From assembly GCA_963924565.1 (NCBI GenBank), contig OZ004608.1, positions 7,936,001-8,000,000 on the forward strand: a stretch of DNA of 64,000 bases, read 5' to 3'. The notes beneath the pieces are model-generated. The model was not told where the DNA came from. It worked only from the letters and a program-made list of their open reading frames with translations, and ran no database searches. Position 1 is the stretch's first letter. The number at the start of each line of letters is the position of its first letter. Positions 36,201 through 48,200 of the stretch are shown piece by piece. The position numbers and the translations under genes are program-made. This DNA comes from Ascidiella aspersa (Eukaryota).

Positions 36201-39200
36201 GCTGGGCACAAAATTTGATTGCATAACATAGATCTCGGTATAATTTTCGAAATGGAACTGTGGCCTGTGCGCGATATAACGCAATACTAATGGTGGGCAC
36301 AAGTTATGTGGCGGATTGTTTGTTTTGCGTTGCCGCGAGATTTTGCGTTAGAGCCCGCAAGCGAAAAAAGCGATTTTTAAAGAAGCTCGATTAAAAATTA
36401 CGAAATCTCTGACCTTTACTGTAACGGAATTATTCTGATCAATTTTGTTGGTTTCCGCACTACAGCTCAAAGCTTATAAAGATTCTTAGTAAATTGTTTG
36501 CGGAAAATGGTGTACCTTTATGCCACATTATGCGTTTAAGTATTTAAATTCTAACAAAATTGGAACTTTTACCTGGTGTAACTTTATGCCACATTATGGG
36601 TTTTAGTATTTCATGTCTGTCAATACTGGAACTTATACCTCAAAAATAATAAGAAATGTACACTGCCAAATATAACACGTCGGCCAGAAAAACACTAAAC
36701 TCAAATTTTAATACCAATCCTAGGTACACTTTCTAGGCAGACTGCAATATACTGCAGCAACAACGCTACAACAATGCCTTAAATCAAATTAAAGGGACGT
36801 AAACCTTGCATTGACTCGCCGAAGCATTGTTGTTTTATCGCTCACTGCGGCAAATCTAATTTACAATAAACCGGCTGATGTGGTTAACGTTTAACCGGTC
36901 CAATTCGCGAACATTGGTGCATTTGCCAAAGGTCGTTGCATTTTATAAAGCCACACAATCTTTCGTGGTGAGAAGTTGGTCACAAACAACTAAAACACAA
37001 CGACTGTATTGTTTCCACAGGGAATAAAGGAATTTTAACTCAAACCGCAACGTTAATGTGACAAAACCATTTACACCTGTCGCGTATATTGTAATTCAGC
37101 CGCGTTAGGTATGAACAACGCACTTTCCTTGGTTAAGCATTAGAATTTAAAATATTTATTTTAAACGTAGGAAGCCATAAGTGGATATAGCTGTCTGATA
37201 AAAAGTCACAATTAAGTGGTTATTTCGGTACTTTATGCACTGATTTTTACTGTAACATGTTAATGAATTCAAAGCCAAAAAGGTCGAGTAGATCGACCAA
37301 GGACGTTTCGATCCAAACCTGTCGTCTTCAGTTAATGCTGTACTTGCGTCCTACCATTTATAAGTGGTGTCTTGATTTACTGTCCAGTCACATTAATTGA
37401 AGAAGGTAGAGAAGGTAAGTTCGTATAGTGACGTTTTAATGAAAATGATGATGTCCATCTATTCGACCTTTTGCGCTTTGAAATTCATTATCAAGTGTTT
37501 TTTTTTAATAAACATAAAAGCCACGCAGTTTAACGTCTGATTTGATCTATGCCCGAATATAACAAATCCTCCACCAAAGGGTTCAATACCTTGCTTAAAA
37601 ATGCGAGCTAAACAACTAGCCTTTCACTCGGAAACCGAAGGTTTTTCGTAGCGGAATATCGCCTGGTGTTCTCGACTGACTAATCTGCATTGAACGTAAC
37701 CCTAAGCACGGCTAAAGTAAACACGCAAAATGCGAAGAGAGGTGCATTACAGCAGCGCGACCGAAGTACACTGAAGGACGACCTAAACGCACACACCACA
37801 AGGTAATCGCTGAGATTTAAGACCAGTTAACAGGGCCGGTTTAAAATCAGTCAATTCAAGCTAGTTCAAACTCATATTTAATCATTTTCAAACCGCAAGG
37901 AATATTATTAGCTCCTATACTGTTCACCGGTGGTGAATTATATCTCATGAACCAGCCAAGAAACGAATGAAAGCGTGGTAGAAAAGAGAGCTTGGCCCTT
38001 TTCGAAGTGGCCGCAAAACCAGACCAGTTAACTCAGGAAGGCTGCGGCGCGACCTTGGCTGAGATCACAGCCGCGTTTAAACATTAACCTCCCTTGAGAG
38101 TCGCCTGCAACGAAGTTTCAGGTCTCCGGTGGCCTGTGTTTGGCCAGGTTTGTGGCCTATTTAAATGCACCCGGCCCACATTTTTGTTCCCTTATTTTAT
38201 GACAATTTTGATTAAAGTTAACATGTTAGAAAGCACGTTTTAAGTTCTAGGCCAGTTTTAATCCAATGGCTTTGGTTAAATACAACCGAAACCCACTTTT
38301 GTATATAGAATTGTTGGAAAATAGGGTTAAAATCTGACCCGGCCACTCCCCAAAGTGGCCAAGCAATTGGCCCAATAATGTCATCAATGGCACGGATTGA
38401 GGAACCCAGGCGCTTGCATTGATTTAATGTTGCAGTTTCATTGATATCGACGGCAGACGACTGAATGGTAAACTTGATGCAACATCCCGCCTCGGCCCAT
38501 AGACGTTGTCGTCGACAGCATTTTATGTCAACCCGTTCCAGACGGATTGATTCTATGTCTCGCTATTAAACCACAGCCTTTCATAGACGATAACTTATTC
38601 TTGTTTGTGTACGTAAGTTACATGAATTACATCGGCGAAAAGTAAGTTTCATGAATTATAAACTGTAACGTAAGATATTGCAAGTCTAAACTTCGACAGG
38701 AACTTTGCACGAAAAATTTTAATTTCGTTATCACTCTTAATCTAATAAAACCTTAATTCCCGATGAATGTAATGACTATAACCAATTAAGCTTCCAACAT
38801 AAAAATGACAGTACCTTAGGTCAGGCAAGAAATCTACATCGACTCCTTTAAATGAATTTAAGGCGCCAAAGGTATTCAGACAGACCAAATATGGTTCTTT
38901 TATATTACTAACAGAATGTAGCAAGCATTGGCATCATGGTTGTTTCTCGACTCGCTCCCTCAGAGCCTGTGTAGCTCAGTTGGTAGAGCCACGGTCCCGA
39001 TTTTACCGGAGGTCGTAAGTTCGAACTGTGTTTGATGGTTCCTGATGTTGTTTCATATTGTGATGATTTAAGGTTAATATTAGCAAAATTGGCCATCTTA
39101 CCTCGACAGTGTCGGAGTAAGTCCCCGCTTCTGAAGAGGGATGTCCTCCCTCTGACGAGTGGGATTCGGCCATGGAGTCGGTGGAGGGAGCTCTCAACCT

Positions 39201-42200
39201 CGGAGGATCGGTTGTGTCGCTCTCGATCCGGACCCTCCGACGTTCCTCGTATCTGGAGGAGGAGAATCAAGGAGAATTGAAGATTTGGCTTGGGCGACAA
39301 CTAACGTTTTTTAATCGAATTAATATAAATATACTGTCGCTGCCAGGGATATGTATTTATATCTACGTTTTGGTAATGAATTAAGTTATTGACTTGAAGG
39401 GTACTCAAGTTACTGTTCAAATTATTTGACTTGACTGAACTATATTGGGCAAAAGACTGGGTTGAAATGAAATGGTTTCGTTAGGCATTATTTTATTAAA
39501 ATTGGGTCACTTATCTTAATTTGTGCATGAAAAACGATAAGCTTGCCATGTTGCGTTATGTGTTAGTTTTTAGTTGAGTTATTGCTCATAATCGGAAGAG
39601 TTCAATAATTTAAATAGTTTAATGTTTAAATTCAATGACGAGGACTTGACTTGTAATTGACTTGCTCTAAATATAACTTTACTGGGACTTGACTCGCTAT
39701 TTATTCAAAGAGACTTGACTTGGACTTATAACTCGAGTTGGATGTTGACTTGAATGTGGCTTAACTCATTTCAAAATGACTTGTTGACAACACTGCATAT
39801 TTATGCATTACAGAAGATAGTAAATTTCTGACAAAATTTCTGTAAAAATCTTCGGTTCTTAAACTCTACTTTACATATATATCAAAGTGCCTTGTACTCA
39901 CTTTCTCATGCTCTCAAGCTTGTGAGAATCAAGGTTGTCTCTCCAGTCCTTCTCCACAGTGGGGCGCCACTTAGTGATAAGGTTCGGGTTGTGCTTGCGC
40001 GTCATCGCCTTGATCACCTTCTTCCGCTCACTGCAAAAAAATGCTCATGTTTAAATAAATTTAATAAACTGAAGAATTCTCGGGTTTCAAAGGTATTTTA
40101 CAACAAAATGTTGACACAAGTTATCGAAGAATGCCGAAAAAAAATGTTCACAAAAGCATTCCTGTACTATATTATTGTAAGTGCCGCTCTTAGTTTAGTC
40201 GCGTAGTTATTGTGTTAGTTTCATCCTGTTTTTTGGCTACTTCAGCCGGTTCGTTTTCACGAACCCTTAATGGTTCAAAATTGGCACTAAAACAGGGGAA
40301 AGAAAAAATTATATTTAACCGGCCATATACTGGTCAGAAGGGTTTTGTTACTCTCAAAAGGAAGGGAAATCGGTTGTTTTTTTCCTACGTGAGGGCGTTA
40401 ATTTGCCTCATGACGTTAGACAAATAGTTTTATCGCTTCTGACAGGTTAAATTTTTTACAATGTACATTAAACAGCATGCTGACGTGTTAATAAAACCGT
40501 AAGACCATGGAGCTGCAAACGTAATAGATTAGGAGATCCCTTTATTATCACTAAACCCAAATTTCTCGATAGTTTTATTATCATTGGGGTTTTCACGGTA
40601 TCGCGATACAAAATCTAAAATTCCGTCTGTTCAGCATTTTACAGTGTTTAAAATGTATGGGTTTTGGCCAGATTGTACTCAACTTACAAGTTTAATCAAT
40701 ACAAAAAGGTTTCTCCCGTCAGACAACAGGTTTAATTGTTTTAGCGGGTAGGTTAAACGCGATGCTAACGTGTTAATGAAAGCATTTTAACGTGTGACTA
40801 TCGAATTGATTAAGAGATTTTTCGGTTTTAAATCTAATTTTCACGGTATCGCTATACGAAACCATAAACTTGAATCCAGTCTATGCAAGATTGTCATACA
40901 AGAAAAAACACCACAACATCCCACTGCACAGATCCGCTGTCCCGTGCATCTTCTATATTTATCAGCATCACCAAAACTGCCATTTTCCGGTGCTCCTCAT
41001 TGCGGCGTGCACACCGCGGCAGTTAGGGCAGTAATAGGACAATATAAAGTGTTTTGTCATCGCGGCCGAAAGACGACGGGAAAAGGCGATTACGGGAACG
41101 GAATCTTAACACAGAGGTGCTGGGCAATTTCGACGTTACGCTACGTTTATCAAGGAGCACAAAGCGCCCTGGCGTAATTTCATAACTCGCCGGCAGCCGG
41201 GATGAGGCCTATCGTATGTCGGGGACTATTTATGGATTGCGACCGACCGATTTTTTTTTTTTTCGCGTCAAGTTTTTTGAACCATGTAGTGACGTAATTG
41301 GTTCTGGCCCAATTTAATAAATATCAAATAAGCATTTACATGCGATCCAGTTTTGTTGTCCGATACCACTGAAAATATTTTAAGCAATGCTGTAATGACA
41401 GGAGAAAATCTGCGTAACGTATACACAAATCAAGAGAACTTACGAATGATTGCTTTTAGGAAGTTTTATTCAACTAACGCACACAAAAATTAATTTTGTA
41501 ATTTTAACTGAACGACAATTTTCAAAACTATTTATGGATTGCAACCAACGGACTTTTTTCGCGCGAAGCGGTGGCATCGTTTCAGGTTTGAAGCGGAGCG
41601 TGACGTCATCGGTTCTGGTTCCGCGCCGAAATTCGAGCTACAGCCCGGCGACTCGAAGAACACCTTACAAGGTTATGATTCGGAAAGACTACAGCGTTAG
41701 GCTTAATTTGGGAATGCGAATGTTTTGGGGAAATGTGAACACCGTGAATTGAATCGGCACAAATGTAACCCGTTTGTTATTTCACGTATTGTTTTTTGAC
41801 ACATTACACTGTGGTTCAAAATTTACCTTCGAAGTCTTTCAAAAGGGACACAGAAAGAAAATAAAAAGATTTAGGAAAGGGAGAACAATGACATGCTTCT
41901 AAACACTTGCGCAAAAATAACACGAAATGGTCATTTAGGAATACCTGTACAGTGTACATATTTTCGCTTTGGGCCCCGTTTCCATATCGCATAAAAACAA
42001 AAATACAATTGATTTCTAAACTCCGACACTATATCTTGTTTCAAGCAGGTCAAAATACCTAGCTTTTTTGTGTTATGCCATTTCGCATTGAAACAGAGGA
42101 ATATTTCAATTTTTTGCTTGTTAAAGCAGTAGTTGATGTATAGCGATTCGTTCTGATTTAGGGAGCTGACGATCCACGTATAGGCACAATTTATGTTTCT

Positions 42201-45200
42201 TTATAAAAGGTCTGATCCTGGTTTTACTCGAGTGTTTAAATAAACTATAGCGCAAACGAATAACAATAAATAGGGTCGACACGAAGGCAATTCAAATTGC
42301 AAAAAGGGGTATTCCTTTGTGTATGCTTATGAGCAGGGTGAGGCCGGTTTACGATTTCCGTACGCGAACACTTTTCCGCAAATTACGCCGCAATGTTTCG
42401 TAAAAATTGCCGAATTTGTTTTAGCACTTGTACCGACAATTTGCGCGCGACTCGGCGATCAATCAGCATCGCAAACATCACAAGCAATCAGTCATCCGCA
42501 TTCGCTCTTAGTCGTAGCTGCGGGCGACGCACACACTACACTATATACAGGACCACGAGCTGCGTTCCTGCGGTTGGACTCGCATTGCGACGTTTAATGC
42601 CCCGGGCCAGTCGGAAATGCTTTGTCGCTGACACTTTGCACGTGTGCGACGACATCGTTGTGCGTTTTTTCGCCTTATAACATTTCAATAAAAGAGCTGA
42701 ATATGAACTGTGTAGAATAACGCTTTCTACGTTTCATGTGAATTAATAGAGTTTCATGTGAATTGATATTGCGTTATTTGGGCAATTTGTAGTTAAATCT
42801 AGGTGGAAGAATCATTTTTAAGTACATATCTCGTTTAGAAATGCGGACATGTAACAACAAAAGTTTCCTACTAAAATACAATCACACTCAAGAACTGTAT
42901 AAAAGCATTTCCCAAAGATCGTGGCAGTTTAACACGTTTTTTCACTACTTTTTCTTCATCCTAGCTTAATTTTGTAATAGGTGTAGAATCATGTTCAGTA
43001 TGTACAAAAAACTAAGCCAGCTTTCGTTCGAACAGCCGTGTAGGTTAGCCGACCGACACCTGGCAGTTTACCAGGTCCCCTTCACAAACATTGGACTATA
43101 TCCGAGCACAAGTTTGTCATTGGTGTAAAAACATGTCAAGTATTTACAAAAATCGAACAGGTTTCCTTTCGAAGAATCCATGTAGGTTAGGCCACCTACA
43201 CTTGGCATTTTATCAGGTTCCTTCAAAAGCGTTTTACTTTATCCAAGCATTATTTTGTAATTGGCGAAAATAGAATTACAAGTACAAACATCGAGCCTGC
43301 ATTCTTTTAAAGACACCATGTAGGTTGGCCGACCACACGCCTCTTTATCCAGGCCGCATCTCAATAATGCGTCCTTATATGTGCATCATCGCGTAACGAC
43401 AACTATGAGGTTGGCGTAAATATTCGCGCGGTTGGCATTAAATGCTGCGAGATAAATACGTGGAACCAAAGCGGATTACGTCACTTTTAACCAGTCACAG
43501 TAAATAGGCTCCGTGGCTCCACCTTGCGGCAAATTGCAGCTCCCCGAAAAAAAATGATGGGCTCCTGGTTTCGAAAGGACGATACAAATGTCAAATCACT
43601 ATTTATACTATAGAGCAATGGTAATGATTTTATTTAACAGATGGAAACATTTAGTCTATTGTGCAATCGAATTCAGGTGGATATTCTGAAACAGTGGTAA
43701 TCGCTAAATCTATATATTTTTTATCTTCAACAGTGGTGGCAGGCTAAAATACTTTAAATAGTTTTTTTGTTTTAAATCGCCTATATCTACATGTGTGTAA
43801 CATTTAACGCCGAGCTTATAAAGTAACCAAAGTCACAAAACAAATAATCCCATTTTTCAAATGTAAACAGGTTATTGTTACGTCTTTGTTACGTCACTTA
43901 CGCCTCGGCATCATCGTCCACCTTTCCATTTGGTTTGAGCCACACCTTGTCCTTGGGCTTGGGTTGACCGAACCACTTGGTGGCATCAGTGTTGCGCTGG
44001 CTGTGCGCGGCGTTGTACGCAGTTCGGGTATTCCCCTCATCGCTGAAAACAGAAAGGAATGCGTCATATTAAATGTTTTAGGTATGGCAATGTTAAATAG
44101 CAACACAGATTTAACGTTAGGTTCTACAGACAAATATAGCACAGTAGTGTTCCCTCGGGAATTTCAACGCTGTGCAAATATTGGTTTGAATGTTTTAAGG
44201 CTGAAATGATAGGAGTCTCGAATCAATTATAAACATTGTGAATTGGTGTAAAATGTCACCCAACCACAAACAAAATACCAATGGATTTGTCATAGCTTCG
44301 ACTTGTTTTCCCTTTTTGAGTATTTATGTACTTTATTAAATCTTAATTAAGAGCTGCAAATTGTACTGTCGCAAAGGGTTTTTGCACAGTTACACACCTC
44401 AATGTAAACATCGAAGCTCGAAAAATATTTTGGACAAACATGGCGGCCGCCTAAATAAGAGAGATAGTTGTCAACTTTGTGTTTCTAACTACTGTGAATG
44501 ATTTCACGATTTACTTAAAATACATGACAACAAACAAGTGGCCAACAAACGAATTCGTTCAGGATTAAAATGTTGAAAACCACGTTTAAAAAATTATTCA
44601 CTGCCATAGATGGATACCTGTAAGGCAAGCCAAGATCAGACCAAGGAAGGATACAACGCTCTAAGCACCCCGTCGTTTATAAAAATCCCTCCCTTTACCT
44701 ACTCGGTGTGACACGCGACCACAGATCGCCGATGAAAGGGGGTCGTCCCGCTGTGACGTAACAAAGGCGGTTCGCGCGTCGTCACGGAGGCGCGAAAGTT
44801 GGCGCGGTGATGTCGCCCGACAAAGGGGATTTAGCGTCCAGGCGTCGGGAATTAGAACGCAGCGGGAGCTTTTAATTGCAGGTTAACGGCCTTACACTTG
44901 CGCCCAATTAAAAGGACCATGTCGATAGGAAATGTTTACAACTTTTTAGGGGTTCTTGAACTTTTTTTACCGCGGACCCCATAAAATTTGTTTCTACTTT
45001 GCGCGGACCAAGGCAGGCAAGGCATTTTAGAGACGACGTCTTAAGTCGACGTCACAATACAAATAGGATTTAAAAATCTGCTGGTTTCGGTCCAAAAAAT
45101 GTAGAAGTCAAATGGAGTCTAAACATACATTCAGTGCATAAACGTTTGATTTATATCAAACTCTTTTTAAAAAATTATTAAACTTTTTTTGAAAAAATGA

Positions 45201-48200
45201 TCACTTTTTAAATATAGAACTAACTTTTAATTAGGGCTTCATGTACTCCCTAAAACTAGTTCACGTGGGGTCCATGTGCCCGAGTTTAAAAAACCAGCTC
45301 TTATATATTGTAAATTGTTCTCCCAACCAACTGTTATTAAACTACCGATATTTTCGACCACCTATTTGGGCAATCTTTTTTTTTTAGGCAATATTGCTGC
45401 AACTAATACCTGGCAGCAACAGTATTAGAGGTTTGGATCGTTACGTTTTACGTTTAATCGAGCAATAGTTCAAATACGATTAAGAGGTGCATCCAAGTGG
45501 AATCCACAAACGATTTGCACCAGGCATTTGCATTTTTAACGTGTTCCAAACCGACAATGTCGCCTAGGCATAATACGCGATCCTTCACAATACTCGAATT
45601 TCAAACTTTACTTAAACTTAACATGCAATGTTGTAAATTAGCAACCACCAATGGTTTTGCCTAGTACCTATACGTCGATAAAATAATGAAATCACAACCC
45701 ACAAAAGCAATGTTCATATGCTTCTACGGAATTCAAAACGGGCCCAAATACATTAAAAAAATATTGTGTTGTTCCTTTATAATTTTCAACAACTTTGAAA
45801 ATAAATGCTAAGAATTAACACAAAATAGCAAAATATAGTGCAGTCTGAATGAAAACCGAAATAGACTTAGTAAACTGACTATAAAAGTATCTATATAGAA
45901 ACCAATGGATATGCAATTTCTCTTACCAGGCCTTGGTGGCATTAAATTCGGTGGACTCCGGCATATTTACGCTCTCCCTTTAAACACCTTGCAACTCTAA
46001 GCACTTGCACCTACGCTGATTTATTTCAAATCGTTAGCGCTTAAATGCCAGCAAAAAACTGGCTGCTGACACAGCCGCGTGTACGTAATTCGCAACATCT
46101 AGTAACAATAGGATTTCAACATCGAAGAAAAACCGTTACAAAGGAATCTGGCGGGCGCCGAGCGTGTCTTTTAAATCTCGTCACCCGATACCCAGCCGAA
46201 CGATACTTCGCGCGGCCACGTTGTTACGTCACAATGGGCACGGACAGGTGTTAACAAGAGCAAAGAGTGTTTCCGATGCGGAATCGGGTGGTGTCGTGCT
46301 TTTGTGAACAGACGAAATCCGAAACTCAATTTCACTAAAGGAGTGGTAAAGGGGTAGGGGGGCGGTTGGGGTTTGTCGAAACCGTTTACTCAACATAAAG
46401 TTATTTGACAGTTGTGTTAATGAAGTTCTTCGAAAGCTTCCAATGCACATTTCGGTTACTCGAATAACTTCATCATAAATTTTAACGGGTTTTCTTGTTA
46501 AAAGTCAAAGTAGCTAAAACATTTATTGTTTTCAATAAATTTGTTTGGGTAATTAAATTTGAAATTTACTTTAGAAAAACGTTTGCTTTTGATCAGCAAA
46601 ATTATTTGTGAAGCAATAAAGTAAAAATGTACTCCTTATACAAAACGCAGACTTATAATGTAAATCTTAATTCGCAATCAGCAAGAGCCTGAAAGCTAAA
46701 AGGATATGAAAGCTAAAAAGAGTTACATCATGCAAATTTCTATTTTAGTAAACCGAAATTCCGAACGGGTCACGTAATGAAAGTGAATTCCGTGTATTTT
46801 TTAAAAGATTTTTTGGGTGATGGGGGTACGGCTTTGTTCAAGTTGCTGCGGGTTTTTTCCGATGGCGCAATTCTCAAAACTCCAAGGGCACAATAAGCAC
46901 ACCTAACGCATCAGGGACGGGTGGTTTCGGGGTTTTCACCCGAGAAAGTGTAGCGGCCATGATACGCTTATATCGGGTAAACTTTCGATCGGGGTTTTGA
47001 TATGATAAAAATCTACCAAACATACACGACGTTTGAACGATTTAGGCGCGAATCAGTTTAGAGAAAGCAAGCCGATTTGAACGGCGCTCTGTCGCTCTCG
47101 TATATAAGGATTGTCATTTAGAAGCAAAAGAAGGTTACAAGAGACGCCTTTATCAGCTGACGGTCGTTCTCCTTGCTTTGCTTTTGAGCCTAAAACCATT
47201 TAACAAACACGGTTTGCGTTTTGGGCCTGATATGCATTTAAGCTTTAACTATAGCGACCAACTGTAAAACAGCTGGCAACACACACGAGATACCAGTCAA
47301 GCAAGGCGACCCGGCTCTGAAATTTTATACATGACCTAAAACATAACTTCATAGTTTAAATAGGCCATTTAGGCAAATTGACCCTTTGTTTCAAAATACG
47401 AAACACAAAACCCTTTTCTTATCGCTAAACACCCCTTTACTTATAAAAAAAAAACCTTTACTTACGGATCTTCGTCATGGTTGATGAGCCCAGTATGTTC
47501 GATGATGCGCATCTCGTCTTCTTCAAGCTTCTCTTCCTCTTCGTTTTTCTCCGGCTCCTCTTGCTCTACTTTCTCCTCCGGATGCTCCTGGCGCTTTTCT
47601 GCGATTTCCAGATCTACAATCTGATCCTTCGTTTGATCAACAACGGCGTCGTCAAAATCTTCGAATCTTTGATTGTCTGGCGCCTCCTGTGTCGACTCTA
47701 CGACGGTTACTTCCGCCGCCAGAGGTTGTCGGGAGTCTTCCGGCAAAACTGATCGCCCTTCGTCCGTGGAGGAAGCACTGGAGCTACTGCTACTGCTGCT
47801 TTCACTGCTGCTGCTGCTTCTGCGACTGCTGCCCTGTGATTTTTCACCGTCCTTCAGGTGTTCTAGCTCGACGACTGTTTCCTGTTTTACAGAGGGTTGC
47901 TTTTCAATGGCTTCTTTCGGGTCGACGTCAGGCGCATTTCCTGAAGTCTCACTTGCAGCTTCGAAGTTCGCAGCGGCTTGTTCGGAATCAAAACGTACGT
48001 CTTTCTCAAGCGGAATTTCTCCTCGGTCTGCCTCCAATTTAGTTTCTGACCTCAGTTGATCAGCGCTGTCGTACGTAACAGGCTCAGGGCCTTTTTCACG
48101 CCGCGGTTCCTCGTAACCTTGTTCTGTCACGCTGTGAAACTCGACTTCTGACGCCTCGTCGGGGTCGCGGCCCCGCTCATCAGCAGCTGGCGTCGCGCCA

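Noticed and set aside
38965-39040. Functional tRNA gene
   Set aside because: Only the D-arm pairs; the acceptor, anticodon and T stems are not complementary.
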